Shown: positions 9,405-18,786 of the stretch, in pieces | Position numbering within the stretch: position 1 is the stretch's first letter | How the letters are laid out: every line of letters starts with the position of its first letter | IMG/VR virus record: IMGVR_UViG_3300002101_000014 | Span: 1-49,422 of that record | Direction: 5' to 3' (one strand) | DNA: 49,422 nt | From: a virus | Lineage: Duplodnaviria; Caudoviricetes | The notes under the pieces: model-generated | Seen by the model: only the letters and a program-made list of their open reading frames with translations | Told to the model about the DNA's origin: nothing | The model's database searches: none | Made by a program: the position numbers and the translations under genes

Positions 9405-10431
9405 CCCATGCTAATCTAATGCCATTTTCTAATTTTCCGGCATGCTTTCTTTTCCCTGCACAAGTCATTGAAATTTTGCCTGTACATATATTATATTTTT
9501 TTTCTGCTTGGCTTTGGCATTCAAAATATTCACCAGTAGTAATACAAATAACTGCTCTTGACTTGTGGTTTCTATCGCCCTCATATTTCAATATTTTATA
9601 TTTTTTATTCTCATCATAATTTGATAAATATTCCCACAATAAAGGATTCCCATTAGCATCTTTGCCATAATATCTGCCCTCGCCTTTACAGCATCTAACT
9701 AAACTCCCCTGAGATAAATTGTAATGAATGGCTGCTTTATGTGTACTTTCAAATATTTCTTTAGTGGTAACGCATATAACTTTTACAGGCTCTTTTATAT
9801 TTTTATTATCTTTTAAGCTATATTGTTTATCTTTTTCATAAAATGAAAATTGTAAATATTTTTTAAGCTTTTTACAATAAATCGAAATTCTATCACCTGA
9901 TACAACCCTAGAAACTTGTGTTATGGGAACTTCATAATATATACTAGCCTCTGAAAGTGCTCCATATATAAGTCCATCATTTAGGCAAATCACACTTTTA
10001 GAACTAGGATTATTTGAGCCACTGTGATTATCACGATATATTTTCATCTTCGTTTTATACTCTGGCTTCATCTGAGCTAATCTAACACCTTTAGAAACTT
10101 TTAATTTTGTCTCATTTGAAGCATATTTGTTTTTATTGCCACCACTCTCTAAATTATATCCAAACTTTTCATCCATTGTATTTAATTCTTTAATCCAAAA
10201 CATTTCTCTTCCATCTATGTTTTCTTTATTGCAAAGTTCTATTATAGAAAATTTAAAATTATCTTCACCATATAAGCTCCATGCTCTTTGAAGGTGCTCG
10301 TTCTTATGCCTGTTGCTTTTCAACTCCCATTTGTGTGTTGCAATTCTTCTTTTAAATCCTACTATAGTTTGTCCAACATATACCATATTGTTTTGATTGT
10401 TAGTTATTTTATATATACAACTATTATCCAT
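9388..10431 (-). CDS. GIY-YIG homing endonuclease with NUMOD1-like repeats
   Basis: CIYKITN...VYVGQT; three VIC(L/V/I)..G..(Y/F) DNA-binding repeats; AGGAGG RBS before MDNSC. Confidence 0.85.
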   Translation of the reverse strand: MDNSCIYKITNNQNNMVYVGQTIVGFKRRIATHKWELKSNRHKNEHLQRAWSLYGEDNFKFSIIELCNKENIDGREMFWIKELNTMDEKFGYNLESGGNKNKYASNETKLKVSKGVRLAQMKPEYKTKMKIYRDNHSGSNNPSSKSVICLNDGLIYGALSEASIYYEVPITQVSRVVSGDRISIYCKKLKKYLQFSFYEKDKQYSLKDNKNIKEPVKVICVTTKEIFESTHKAAIHYNLSQGSLVRCCKGEGRYYGKDANGNPLLWEYLSNYDENKKYKILKYEGDRNHKSRAVICITTGEYFECQSQAEKKYNICTGKISMTCAGKRKHAGKLENGIRLAWEYALI

Positions 10432-10467
10432 CCATAGTTCTCCTCCTTCCTGAAAAAAAAGTGCATT

Positions 10468-10497
10468 AAAAAAAAGAGCCTGTTCAAAGCTCTTTTG
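10468..10497 (-). terminator. Intrinsic terminator after SHOCT moron
   Basis: Minus AAAAGAGCTT-tgaac-AGGCTCTTTTTTTT. Confidence 0.7.
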
Positions 10498-10508
10498 ATT
10501 TATCATCA

Positions 10509-10970
10509 CTATATATTTAATAATTGCTTTTTCTTTACATTAAATTCAATATCGGTAATTACTCCAGTATCAAGTAATTCTTTATATTTTTTAATTTCAT
10601 CTGCTGAACTTAGCTGATTAACTATTTGGCCTACAGATGCTTGTTGCATTTCTTCAATCTTTTCTTTAATTTCGCTTACTAATACATTATACTTTTTAGC
10701 AAACATTACGGTATTCTCATCTTGAGTAGCATCGGCAATACCTTTTTTATTTTCTATCCCACCAGGTACTGTAAACTGTATATATCCATTTATGAAATTC
10801 CCACCTTGCCTAATTTGTATACCTGTTATTTGATTTATGTAGAGAGTTTTGTCACCCTTGAAAAATCCTTGTGTCATTTTTGCTAAAGTGCCTTTTCTCT
10901 TGATTATAATTTTATCTGTATATAGTTCCACTTGTCCATTAACACCTTTTAAGGTTAATATAGCTTCCAT
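10509..10970 (-). CDS. DUF4429/PH-like plus SHOCT domain moron protein
   Basis: LKGVNGQVELY...NGYIQF; C-terminal SSADEIKKYKELLDTGVITDIEFNVKKKQLL (SHOCT). Confidence 0.85.
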   Translation of the reverse strand: MEAILTLKGVNGQVELYTDKIIIKRKGTLAKMTQGFFKGDKTLYINQITGIQIRQGGNFINGYIQFTVPGGIENKKGIADATQDENTVMFAKKYNVLVSEIKEKIEEMQQASVGQIVNQLSSADEIKKYKELLDTGVITDIEFNVKKKQLLNI

Positions 10971-10997
10971 AATTAACACATCCCTTCATATATTTCT

Positions 10998-11026
10998 ATA
11001 TTAAAACTATAAAAGAAATATGTCAA
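10998..11026 (-). promoter_or_regulatory. SigA promoter of SHOCT moron
   Basis: TTGACA-17 nt-TAATAT. Confidence 0.6.
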
Positions 11027-11291
11027 CTTTTGCCTACTTTTCTTCTTAATCCTTCTCGATCAGGTTCTGTTTGCTCCATGCGCCAGCAATTATCTAAATA
11101 TTCTCGGCCTTCCTCACTCTGCGAATAGTTATAAATTACTGCATCCCTGAGCAATAACCAATATTCAAATACTTTCATACTTTCTAATCTATCAAAGTCA
11201 CATCCCGTGTATTTACAAACAATCTTTTCTTCCAATGTGTTTACCTCAAAGTGTCCCTTATCACCACCGTCATCATAATAAGGGATTTTTA
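11023..11291 (-). CDS. Tail assembly chaperone, frameshifted extension (gpGT-like C-terminal part)
   Basis: -1 frame is open from the slippery site: LKIPYYDDGGDKGHFEVNTLEEKIVCKY... Confidence 0.75.
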
Positions 11292-11585
11292 GTTTTTTGA
11301 GTTTTTCTCTTTACTTAACCATTCAAAATAAGCTGTTAGAATTTCATTCATCTGGTCAAGATCCAATTCATCAATCATTTCATCAGGTATTTTATATCCA
11401 GCTTTATTTTTACTCAATATTATCCCAATGGCTTGAGATAGTTCATCCATTGCATCTTCATTTTTCGCCTTGGACAATGCAGTAATTTTCTTTAGGGTCT
11501 TTACTTTTGGCGGTTCTACCTCAAGTATTAAATCCCCTATTTTTATAGCAAAATATCGTTTGTTAACTGTTGATATGTCAAACAT
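11289..11585 (-). CDS. Tail assembly chaperone (gpG-like)
   Basis: Between major tail and tape measure genes; ends at A AAA AAC TAA. Confidence 0.85.
   Translation of the reverse strand: MFDISTVNKRYFAIKIGDLILEVEPPKVKTLKKITALSKAKNEDAMDELSQAIGIILSKNKAGYKIPDEMIDELDLDQMNEILTAYFEWLSKEKNSKN
11292..11298 (-). other. Programmed -1 frameshift heptamer A-AAA-AAC
   Basis: X XXY YYZ heptamer immediately before the stop; -1 frame joins the downstream ORF. Confidence 0.75.
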
Positions 11586-11599
11586 TTATTTCCTCCTGG

Positions 11600-11622
11600 A
11601 AGGGGCTAGTAGCCCCTATTTT
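11600..11622. terminator. Hairpin after major tail gene
   Basis: AGGGGCTA-g-TAGCCCCT. Confidence 0.5.
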
Positions 11623-11623
11623 A

Positions 11624-12169
11624 TTAAATTGTAGGAATATCTTCCTCGTATATAATCTTGGTGCCTTCTGAATCCATAGGCATTGCCGTAAATACTGCAT
11701 CTATTATTGTTTCTTTGTCTTTTACAAAATTAAAAGCAAAGCCAGCTTGGTTGTTTCCCACAATGGTTACACGTATATCCCCATCCATAGCATCTTGATG
11801 AACAAATCTTATTACATATAATTTCCCATCTTGATTACCAATACCACCGATTTTTACGGTTCTTTTTCCTAATGCTTCTGTAACTCTAGCGGTTGCACAT
11901 AATTTTTCTAATGTTTTACCGCACCAAGTCATTATTCCAGATTTCATAGTTACAACTTCTTCTGTTAGAATTGTCTTGCTTACAAGTGCTAAATCATCGG
12001 TTGCCTCGTAAAATTTAGGCTTATAATCTAATGTTGCTCCACCTGAAATAAGACCTAATAAATTAGTCTCAACTTCCAATAATTCATCTGTAGGAATTGC
12101 TCCCGCGGTAAATACATCTATATATAGTTTTCCAGATCCTAGTACTATTTTTTCACCTTCTACTGACAT
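11624..12169 (-). CDS. Major tail protein
   Basis: IVLGSGKLY...LG.ISGGATLDYKP motif and position. Confidence 0.85.
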   Translation of the reverse strand: MSVEGEKIVLGSGKLYIDVFTAGAIPTDELLEVETNLLGLISGGATLDYKPKFYEATDDLALVSKTILTEEVVTMKSGIMTWCGKTLEKLCATARVTEALGKRTVKIGGIGNQDGKLYVIRFVHQDAMDGDIRVTIVGNNQAGFAFNFVKDKETIIDAVFTAMPMDSEGTKIIYEEDIPTI

Positions 12170-12180
12170 TTAATTACCTC

Positions 12181-12498
12181 CTAAAATTTTTCTACAAAAT
12201 TAAAATCGTATATGGTTTCAAACATCATTTCGGTGTCTATCCATATACGATCTCTTTTATACTTAATTGCCTTTTCATCCAATAGAGCTTCTATCAATGC
12301 TTCTGAGATATGATCCACCGCCAAAGAATATAACTCAATACTGATGATTCTATCTGCTATACAATTTTTGCTATCAGATCCGCCTATGCCGGTATTGTCT
12401 GTAAATATAATGTAAGGCAAAGGAGGAGGCTTTAGAAAACGCTCTTCCGATACTTTCAGTCCTGTAGTTTCCAACCACGTTTCAATATCACTTAGCAT
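12181..12498 (-). CDS. Tail terminator protein
   Basis: PPPLPYII...IELYS...WIDTEMMFET.Y; start moved to MLSDIE (GGGAGG RBS). Confidence 0.75.
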   Translation of the reverse strand: MLSDIETWLETTGLKVSEERFLKPPPLPYIIFTDNTGIGGSDSKNCIADRIISIELYSLAVDHISEALIEALLDEKAIKYKRDRIWIDTEMMFETIYDFNFVEKF

Positions 12499-12880
12499 TC
12501 TCGATAGCCTCCCTTGAAAGTTCTTCCATGCGTTTTTGAGCAAGGGATTCTCCAAAAATTATATGTGGAAAAGCATCTGTCCTTCCGCCGCCCTTTTTAG
12601 CATGTCCATTTTCTAATAGATGTGTTAGCCTATATTCTCCACCAGATACATACCAAATCTTTCCTTTATTGCATTTGTCTTCATATGATGTTTTAATCCT
12701 AAAAGCTTTTACGTAGTCGCCTGTTGGCTGTTTAAAAGTTATGTGTGCTTTTATTTCTGTATTTACTTCTTTTGCAACTATATCAACCGCAGCCTTAATT
12801 CTATCTGTAACATCTTGGGAGTAATTATTCATATACTTTGCGATCAGATCTGCAAGTCCATCAGCTTTAACATTGCTCAT
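12488..12880 (-). CDS. HK97 gp10-like tail component
   Basis: TGDY...YRLTHLLENGHAK..GGR...PHI. Confidence 0.85.
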   Translation of the reverse strand: MSNVKADGLADLIAKYMNNYSQDVTDRIKAAVDIVAKEVNTEIKAHITFKQPTGDYVKAFRIKTSYEDKCNKGKIWYVSGGEYRLTHLLENGHAKKGGGRTDAFPHIIFGESLAQKRMEELSREAIENAK

Positions 12881-12884
12881 GGTG

Positions 12885-13208
12885 TCACCTCGCTTTGTCT
12901 AGAGTTAAATCAATACTTTGTGGGTTAGTATCATATATTTCTTGGACCATCTTAACTCCATATTTTACAGAATCAATTTCTACAAAATCATAATTATCGA
13001 TACCAAGTAGTAACGGGATTCTTATAACTCTATTTATATCAATTTCTCTAGCCGATGCTTCAAAATATCTTTTAAAACCTAATATACGTTTGCTAAAACC
13101 TAGGTTACTGTACTTATTTTCCATTCTTATATTGTCTTCATCGGTGGTGTAAATATCGCATACACCATCACTAAAACTTATAAATTCAGTATCGGTTTTA
13201 ATTTTCAT
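12885..13208 (-). CDS. Head closure (head-tail joining) protein
   Basis: Position and size; F.DG...G.KRYF.A pattern. Confidence 0.7.
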   Translation of the reverse strand: MKIKTDTEFISFSDGVCDIYTTDEDNIRMENKYSNLGFSKRILGFKRYFEASAREIDINRVIRIPLLLGIDNYDFVEIDSVKYGVKMVQEIYDTNPQSIDLTLDKAR

Positions 13209-13501
13209 GGAATCACCACGTCCTCCACGGCATCTACTTGGGATTTAATGTGTAAACTCAGGAGTTCAGATATGAAGTTCTTTTCAAACATTTCTAGGGC
13301 CTGACTATTTGCATATCTACAATAATCAAATAATAGAGCCCTCGCTGAAGCTTCTACCTCAAAATCAAGAGGCACCCCTGCAATTTCTTGCAAGCGTGCC
13401 ATTCCTCGATTTATAAAGCCAGTAAGATTCTTATCCATTTCAGCATCTACCCAAGTAATATGGAGATAGCTTTTAACATCAATTAATAATTCTTCTGGCA
13501 A
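13205..13501 (-). CDS. Head-tail connector (gp6-like)
   Basis: VKSYLHITW.D...LLFDYCRY; follows capsid gene. Confidence 0.8.
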   Translation of the reverse strand: MPEELLIDVKSYLHITWVDAEMDKNLTGFINRGMARLQEIAGVPLDFEVEASARALLFDYCRYANSQALEMFEKNFISELLSLHIKSQVDAVEDVVIP

Positions 13502-13515
13502 TTAGATCACCTCAA

Positions 13516-14706
13516 TTAAATTTGTTCTTTAGTATTAACAATGCCGGAAACCGCCACTGAAGGAACCAATGGAGTAATTCCAGTGATGTCAAGAAGCATG
13601 AAGGCATTATTATCTAATGCTCTACCATTACCATAAAGTTTAATTAGATAAACTCTTTCATCATCTAAGAATTTAAAGTCATCTGAAAACTCTACTTTTC
13701 CACCAGTAGTACCAGCACCAATACCCATAAAGTATTTATTTGCGATTCCTACAACAGCCTTTCCTATTGGTGCACCTGAGCTCTGAACAACCGTAGTTGG
13801 GAATGGGAATATATCATTTGCATATGTTCCGTCGGGTCTTAATATAGTTGTAGCAGGCATTACCTTGGTAAAATAATCCCTTGGATTAACTATGAAAAGA
13901 AGATTATTTATAGCTCTTGCTTTCCCTGTTGGTGTAGTTGATAGCGTGTCCAATATTTCCCCATATGCTGCAGGCGAAAGATTGGTTATAACCTTAGCTG
14001 TTTTTAGAGGGTATACACCACCAGTTATAGTAACACCATCAGTTACATCACGGTCCATTCCTATAGGCATATTGTTACCAGTTCCATCGACGATAGCAGT
14101 TTCAAGAGCTAACGCAATAGCCTCAGCTAATATGCCTCTAACATATGCATCTATCCATACTGGGCCTACTGCTAGCATATCCTTTGATACTGGTATAAAA
14201 GCAGATAATTTACATTCAGTAAGATTGATTTTACCGATTGAGCCAGAAAGTTCAGCAGTAATTGCACTATTTAAAGCACCCCATACTGCAAGTTGAGCTC
14301 CTTCTTTATTGACAATTATTTTTGTTAAAGCAGTTGTGTTAGTAAAGTTAATTGCACTTAATAATGGATGTGCATCTTTGATGTCCTGAAGCACGTTGTC
14401 TATAACAGTTTCTGGGAATGCATTATCAAGACCTTCAAAAGCCTGTCTTGGATTTTCTGCATTCATGGCTGAAATTACACCTGTATAAAATTTAACCTCT
14501 TGAGAAGTTAACGGATGCATACCTCTCTTAGAGAGAATGCTATTGTCCTGGGTTTCCTGATAAGCTTTGAACTCATCCAACACACTTGTTTGAACTGTTT
14601 CTGCAAAACTTGTGAAAGCTTGTGCTATCTTATTTTCATCAGTACTTTTAAATGCTGCCACCAAGTTGTCCTTTAATTCTTGCATGATTAAGTCTTTTGA
14701 TTTCAT
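13516..14706 (-). CDS. Major capsid protein, HK97 fold
   Basis: PETVIDNV...HPLLS...KLSAFIPVSKDML..GP.WI...YGNGRALDNNAF. Confidence 0.95.
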   Translation of the reverse strand: MKSKDLIMQELKDNLVAAFKSTDENKIAQAFTSFAETVQTSVLDEFKAYQETQDNSILSKRGMHPLTSQEVKFYTGVISAMNAENPRQAFEGLDNAFPETVIDNVLQDIKDAHPLLSAINFTNTTALTKIIVNKEGAQLAVWGALNSAITAELSGSIGKINLTECKLSAFIPVSKDMLAVGPVWIDAYVRGILAEAIALALETAIVDGTGNNMPIGMDRDVTDGVTITGGVYPLKTAKVITNLSPAAYGEILDTLSTTPTGKARAINNLLFIVNPRDYFTKVMPATTILRPDGTYANDIFPFPTTVVQSSGAPIGKAVVGIANKYFMGIGAGTTGGKVEFSDDFKFLDDERVYLIKLYGNGRALDNNAFMLLDITGITPLVPSVAVSGIVNTKEQI

Positions 14707-14709
14707 TTT

Positions 14710-15450
14710 TTATACCTCCGTGAATTTTATTTTTAATGCTGCCATTAATTTTTCAGCATTGGTTTTCTGTATTTCTAATTCCTTTGGAACTTTTAAAGGA
14801 TCCTTATGTTGTTTTATTTCATCCTCTACGGACTGTTTAAGCCTTTGCTTTGCCACCGTTATAGTTTTATCTTCTACCCCAGCTATTTCATCAGCTAGTC
14901 CATATTCTAAACATTGGGTAGCGCTAAGCCATGTTTGTCCATTTAGTAAAGTTATTAAAGCTTCTTGCGTTAATTTGTTACCAGCCTTTGCAAGATAAGA
15001 TGAACAACTTGCACTGTCTATTACTTCAATGTCGTTGGCTGCTTTTCTAAGTTCTTCAGCATTACCATAAACACACATGGAAGCATGGTGTATCATCATT
15101 AGAGTATTCGTGCCCATAATAACCTTATCTCCTGCCATAGCTATAACAGATGCTATAGAGCAAGCAAATCCATCGACATAAACTGTCTTTTGAGCTGGAT
15201 GTCTTTTTAAAAGATTGTAGATTCCTAGTCCTTCTTTTACTTCGCCACCATAACTATTGATATAAATATTTATATTTTGGATCTCTCCAGCAGCTTCTAA
15301 TTGGTTTTTTATAAAGTTTGCAGATGTCTCACTTTCTGTTACAACACCGCTCCACCAATCTGTACTATCACCAGCAACATCATCGTAAATATATAAATCC
15401 ATCGAGCCTGGTACGGCTGCCTGCTTAATTATAAAGTTTGTTTTGCTCAT
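14710..15450 (-). CDS. ClpP-type prohead protease
   Basis: INSYGGEV, DGFACSIASVIAMAG, MMIHH, TWLSA...GLAD. Confidence 0.95.
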   Translation of the reverse strand: MSKTNFIIKQAAVPGSMDLYIYDDVAGDSTDWWSGVVTESETSANFIKNQLEAAGEIQNINIYINSYGGEVKEGLGIYNLLKRHPAQKTVYVDGFACSIASVIAMAGDKVIMGTNTLMMIHHASMCVYGNAEELRKAANDIEVIDSASCSSYLAKAGNKLTQEALITLLNGQTWLSATQCLEYGLADEIAGVEDKTITVAKQRLKQSVEDEIKQHKDPLKVPKELEIQKTNAEKLMAALKIKFTEV

Positions 15451-15454
15451 ATTT

Positions 15455-16612
15455 TTAACCTCCCTTCACTTCTTGCCCTAAGGCTTCTATTTTTTCATAG
15501 TTTTTAGTGATGTAATGTTGATCTGCCCAGCCCTCCTCTATTTTTGTATCGCCACATTTTACTCTTAAGTCGTTTATACTATAGCCACCTGAGGCAATCA
15601 GCTTATCAAATGCTACCGATATACTAAATAAATCAATGTGACGTATACATGTAGTATCAATTTTTAAATATGAGCCGCTCAGGTAAGGAACTTTGCCATA
15701 TCTTTTACGATTAGTTTCTTCGGACATCATATCTACTAGCGGATCTATACAGAAAGTTAATAGATTGTCTGTAAGGCTTCCAATATCGGAAATATCTCCT
15801 CTTAGTAAAGACGGAGGAATTTTAAAAGCTTGAGCTACTTTATCAAATATTTCTTTTGTTAAAGCGACTATATCGGTAATTTCACTAGATGATTTCTTAC
15901 CAGCTTCACCACCTTGCTCAGTGTATTTGTAGCCTTTATGTAATGGAAGTACAGCGTTTTCAGCCTCGAAATAGCTCTTAAATCTGACATTCATTAAATC
16001 ATCAAATTTAGTTTGAAAGTTTTTATCTCCAGTTGCGGTTGCGTCAATATCTAAAATTCCTTTTCTTCCACCACTGCGGTTATATTTACCCATGGCCATA
16101 TTTGTTAAATTACTATATCCTTTTATCACATTAGATAATAAAACTCTAATATCGTTATCACCTAATTTGAAGTAAAGTACTTCACTCATTTTGAATGAGC
16201 GGTTAAAACACATTGTTCCACTTGTTACACTAGTAAAATAGTTTTCTACGACAGCATACTCATTTTGATAAAAGCTATCTGCAATAATGAGTTGTCCACC
16301 AACATCAAGGACAAGGCATTCATTATTATAGAGTAATTTAGTTACAAGAGCCTGGAGAAATTGGCTTGAATTTTGATTCTTATTAGGTTCAATATTCCAA
16401 AGATAATATTCGTCTGCTTTACTTTCAGCGTATTTTAAATATGTCTTAAATTCACACTTAGAAATTGCACTGGCTATTAAATTAATTGCAGAGCTTATTG
16501 CAAAGACCTCTATAGCTAGCTTGGTCTCCTCACAGGATAATTCCTTTTGGTCTACAGGAATAGAATCTTGCCCTACACCGAAAAAACTAGATATCCATTC
16601 AGTAAATTTCAA
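15455..16612 (-). CDS. Portal protein, HK97 family
   Basis: WNIEPNKNQ, VAQAFKIPPSLL, SINDLR; between terL and protease. Confidence 0.93.
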   Translation of the reverse strand: MKFTEWISSFFGVGQDSIPVDQKELSCEETKLAIEVFAISSAINLIASAISKCEFKTYLKYAESKADEYYLWNIEPNKNQNSSQFLQALVTKLLYNNECLVLDVGGQLIIADSFYQNEYAVVENYFTSVTSGTMCFNRSFKMSEVLYFKLGDNDIRVLLSNVIKGYSNLTNMAMGKYNRSGGRKGILDIDATATGDKNFQTKFDDLMNVRFKSYFEAENAVLPLHKGYKYTEQGGEAGKKSSSEITDIVALTKEIFDKVAQAFKIPPSLLRGDISDIGSLTDNLLTFCIDPLVDMMSEETNRKRYGKVPYLSGSYLKIDTTCIRHIDLFSISVAFDKLIASGGYSINDLRVKCGDTKIEEGWADQHYITKNYEKIEALGQEVKGG

Positions 16613-16632
16613 TTTATCACCTCCCTTCAGGG

Positions 16633-16661
16633 CATAATAAAAAGCCTTGTTTCCAAAGCTT
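16633..16661 (-). terminator. Intrinsic terminator between terL and portal
   Basis: Minus AAGCTTTG-gaaa-CAAGGCTT then TTTATTATG. Confidence 0.6.
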
Positions 16662-16666
16662 AGTTT

Positions 16667-18316
16667 TTAATATGTATAAACTCCATAATCAATATCTACT
16701 GTTTCTCCAACATCTTCTAAATCTTCACTTACACACATTGCAGCTATAAAAGCCTTAAAGCCATCTGTCTTTCTGCTCTTTGGCTCTATCTTTCCGTAGG
16801 TTGTATTATCATGTGCTTCAGGCTTTTTGCATGTATTATTCGTATACCACCGCATTAATGGATTGTCACCCCATACTATACTGTGATTAGCAAATAAGCT
16901 TGTTACGGTAGGTGCTATGAGCATTTCATTACTAGGCCTTATGAGCCTTATATTATTAGATCCTGTTTTATCTGTGTCAAATCCAACCGCCTTAAGCGAT
17001 TTAGCTAACAATGTGTATCTATAATTATCCATACCCAGAATAGTTAGGTTATATTTTAATGCTTGTTCCTGTAGCCATTCAGCAGGAATGTCTGGAGATA
17101 CCTCAACTGCATCTACAAAATCTAGCAGACCTCGTTCTTCCCACTCTAATAATGGTGCTTTAATTCTTCCAAGGTCATTGCATTTTTTACATACCCACGT
17201 ATGAGACATCCAATAATATTTGCTTTTAAACTTAAAAAGAAGTCCGGCACATACAAAGTCAGTAGTCTTTGCATAGTCAATACCAACAACACAAGTGTTT
17301 CCTTCAAAGTCGGGCATTTCTTGATTTGTTGCAAGAATATTCTCCCAACTAGTTACTTCAACATCTTTATTCCCTTGAGGCATATTCATTCTTTTAGTTG
17401 CAAAGGACGAATTTGAAATAGGGTCTTGTATATAATCACCATATTCTATATCTAATTCATGTTGTAGTATTGGGAAGAAAGGTAAACTTGGATTAGCTTT
17501 AGGCCACGCAATCTTATTTTTAATTTCTTTTATGTCATCTAATTTACACATAAAGGGAAGTGTCCCATTATCAGATATTATTCCTTCTAAAATTGATTCG
17601 CTTCTTGCTATAATTTTATCTAATGGACCGTCTCTTACATCTCCATCTGTTGAAATAATTGTACGTCTTGGGTGTGCTTTTTTACCCAGTCCAGATGTCG
17701 TAGTATCAACAATCTTAGAGGATTCATAAGCATGGAATTCATCAAAATCAATTTTGCCTGGTCTTCCACCATCCTTTGTTTTAACCCCACTTGTACGAAA
17801 TTTTAACCTTGACTTAGTCTTTAAATTTACAATCTCTTCTTTAGTCCAATGAAAGTGATTTTTGAGTTTTAACTCATTTTCTTCCAGGACATTATAGACA
17901 TCTTCAAATGTAGTTTTTGCTTGATCCTCAGACATTGCAAATATATCAATAAAATAATATTTGATTCCATTAACAGGAGTTAATAAGCAAAAATCTTCAA
18001 AGGCAAGGTAACCATTCTTCCCTGCTCCACGACCTACTAAAATAAAAAGGACTGGCCACCTTAACTGCCCGTCCATCTTATAAACACAATTATGTAATGT
18101 AAAACAAAATATTTCCCAATCGAGAAGTTTAAACGGAAAGTACTTTTGCAAATCAAGATACTTTTCAAGCTGTTCCACATTAATATAAAGTTCCTCAGTT
18201 AGAAATATACGTTCTGTATAATCACACAATAATAATTGTTCTTTGCAAACCTCTATATTTCCGCTACGCACCCAATTGATATAATCCTGTATCTCAGGTA
18301 TTAGATTACAATTCAT
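16667..18316 (-). CDS. terL: Terminase large subunit
   Basis: Walker A GRGAGKN, Walker B IDFDEFH, WPKANPSL, VGIDYA, KTDGFKA; alternative start 18337. Confidence 0.95.
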   Translation of the reverse strand: MNCNLIPEIQDYINWVRSGNIEVCKEQLLLCDYTERIFLTEELYINVEQLEKYLDLQKYFPFKLLDWEIFCFTLHNCVYKMDGQLRWPVLFILVGRGAGKNGYLAFEDFCLLTPVNGIKYYFIDIFAMSEDQAKTTFEDVYNVLEENELKLKNHFHWTKEEIVNLKTKSRLKFRTSGVKTKDGGRPGKIDFDEFHAYESSKIVDTTTSGLGKKAHPRRTIISTDGDVRDGPLDKIIARSESILEGIISDNGTLPFMCKLDDIKEIKNKIAWPKANPSLPFFPILQHELDIEYGDYIQDPISNSSFATKRMNMPQGNKDVEVTSWENILATNQEMPDFEGNTCVVGIDYAKTTDFVCAGLLFKFKSKYYWMSHTWVCKKCNDLGRIKAPLLEWEERGLLDFVDAVEVSPDIPAEWLQEQALKYNLTILGMDNYRYTLLAKSLKAVGFDTDKTGSNNIRLIRPSNEMLIAPTVTSLFANHSIVWGDNPLMRWYTNNTCKKPEAHDNTTYGKIEPKSRKTDGFKAFIAAMCVSEDLEDVGETVDIDYGVYTY

Positions 18317-18614
18317 CACTCGTATTGCTCGAGGCATTCTTGGTTGTTAGCTCCAATTGTTTAAGGATTGCTAGTTTTTGCTTATTATACATTAAAGCAT
18401 TTTTTATGGAGGGGTTTTCTTTATCATACTCTTTACCAGCAGCGGAAGATGCTTTATAGGTTCTTCCATTATCAGAGACGTCATCTTGCATTTCCTTCTC
18501 TTGTTTCCAATACCAAATATAATCATCAACTAAACTTAGGAAATGTTCTACATCTGCATCCTTATTTTTTAACTGTTTTATTAAAGATTCCTTTATTTTA
18601 TCGACTGCTTCCAT
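18306..18614 (-). CDS. terS: Terminase small subunit (P27-like)
   Basis: LVDDY...KENPS.......NKQ.L.ILKQLELT; upstream of terL. Confidence 0.85.
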   Translation of the reverse strand: MEAVDKIKESLIKQLKNKDADVEHFLSLVDDYIWYWKQEKEMQDDVSDNGRTYKASSAAGKEYDKENPSIKNALMYNKQKLAILKQLELTTKNASSNTSDEL

Positions 18615-18639
18615 TTAGATTCCCTCCTCAGCTTTAATT

Positions 18640-18780
18640 TTTCCCTCGCACGCGAGATTTATCTCCTTTGTCTACCCTTCATACCGTTCTCCCTGTTTAC
18701 CATATAATTCCATTTCCTAAGACCGGGGGGGCAGCCTATAGCCCCATTCCTAATAGTCCCATTCTTTAATGGCCTGCATT
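18640..18780 (-). other. Putative cos/packaging region
   Basis: GC-rich non-coding stretch before terS: CCCCCCCGGTC, GGGAGAACGGTATGAAGGG, inverted repeat CTCGCGTGCGAG, about 15-bp-period repeats. Confidence 0.55.
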
Positions 18781-18786
18781 GTCATT

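Noticed and set aside
9388-10431. Group I intron hosting the GIY-YIG (or the HNH genes)
   Set aside because: Flanking genes are intact, there is too little non-coding sequence for an intron core, and the genes have their own RBS
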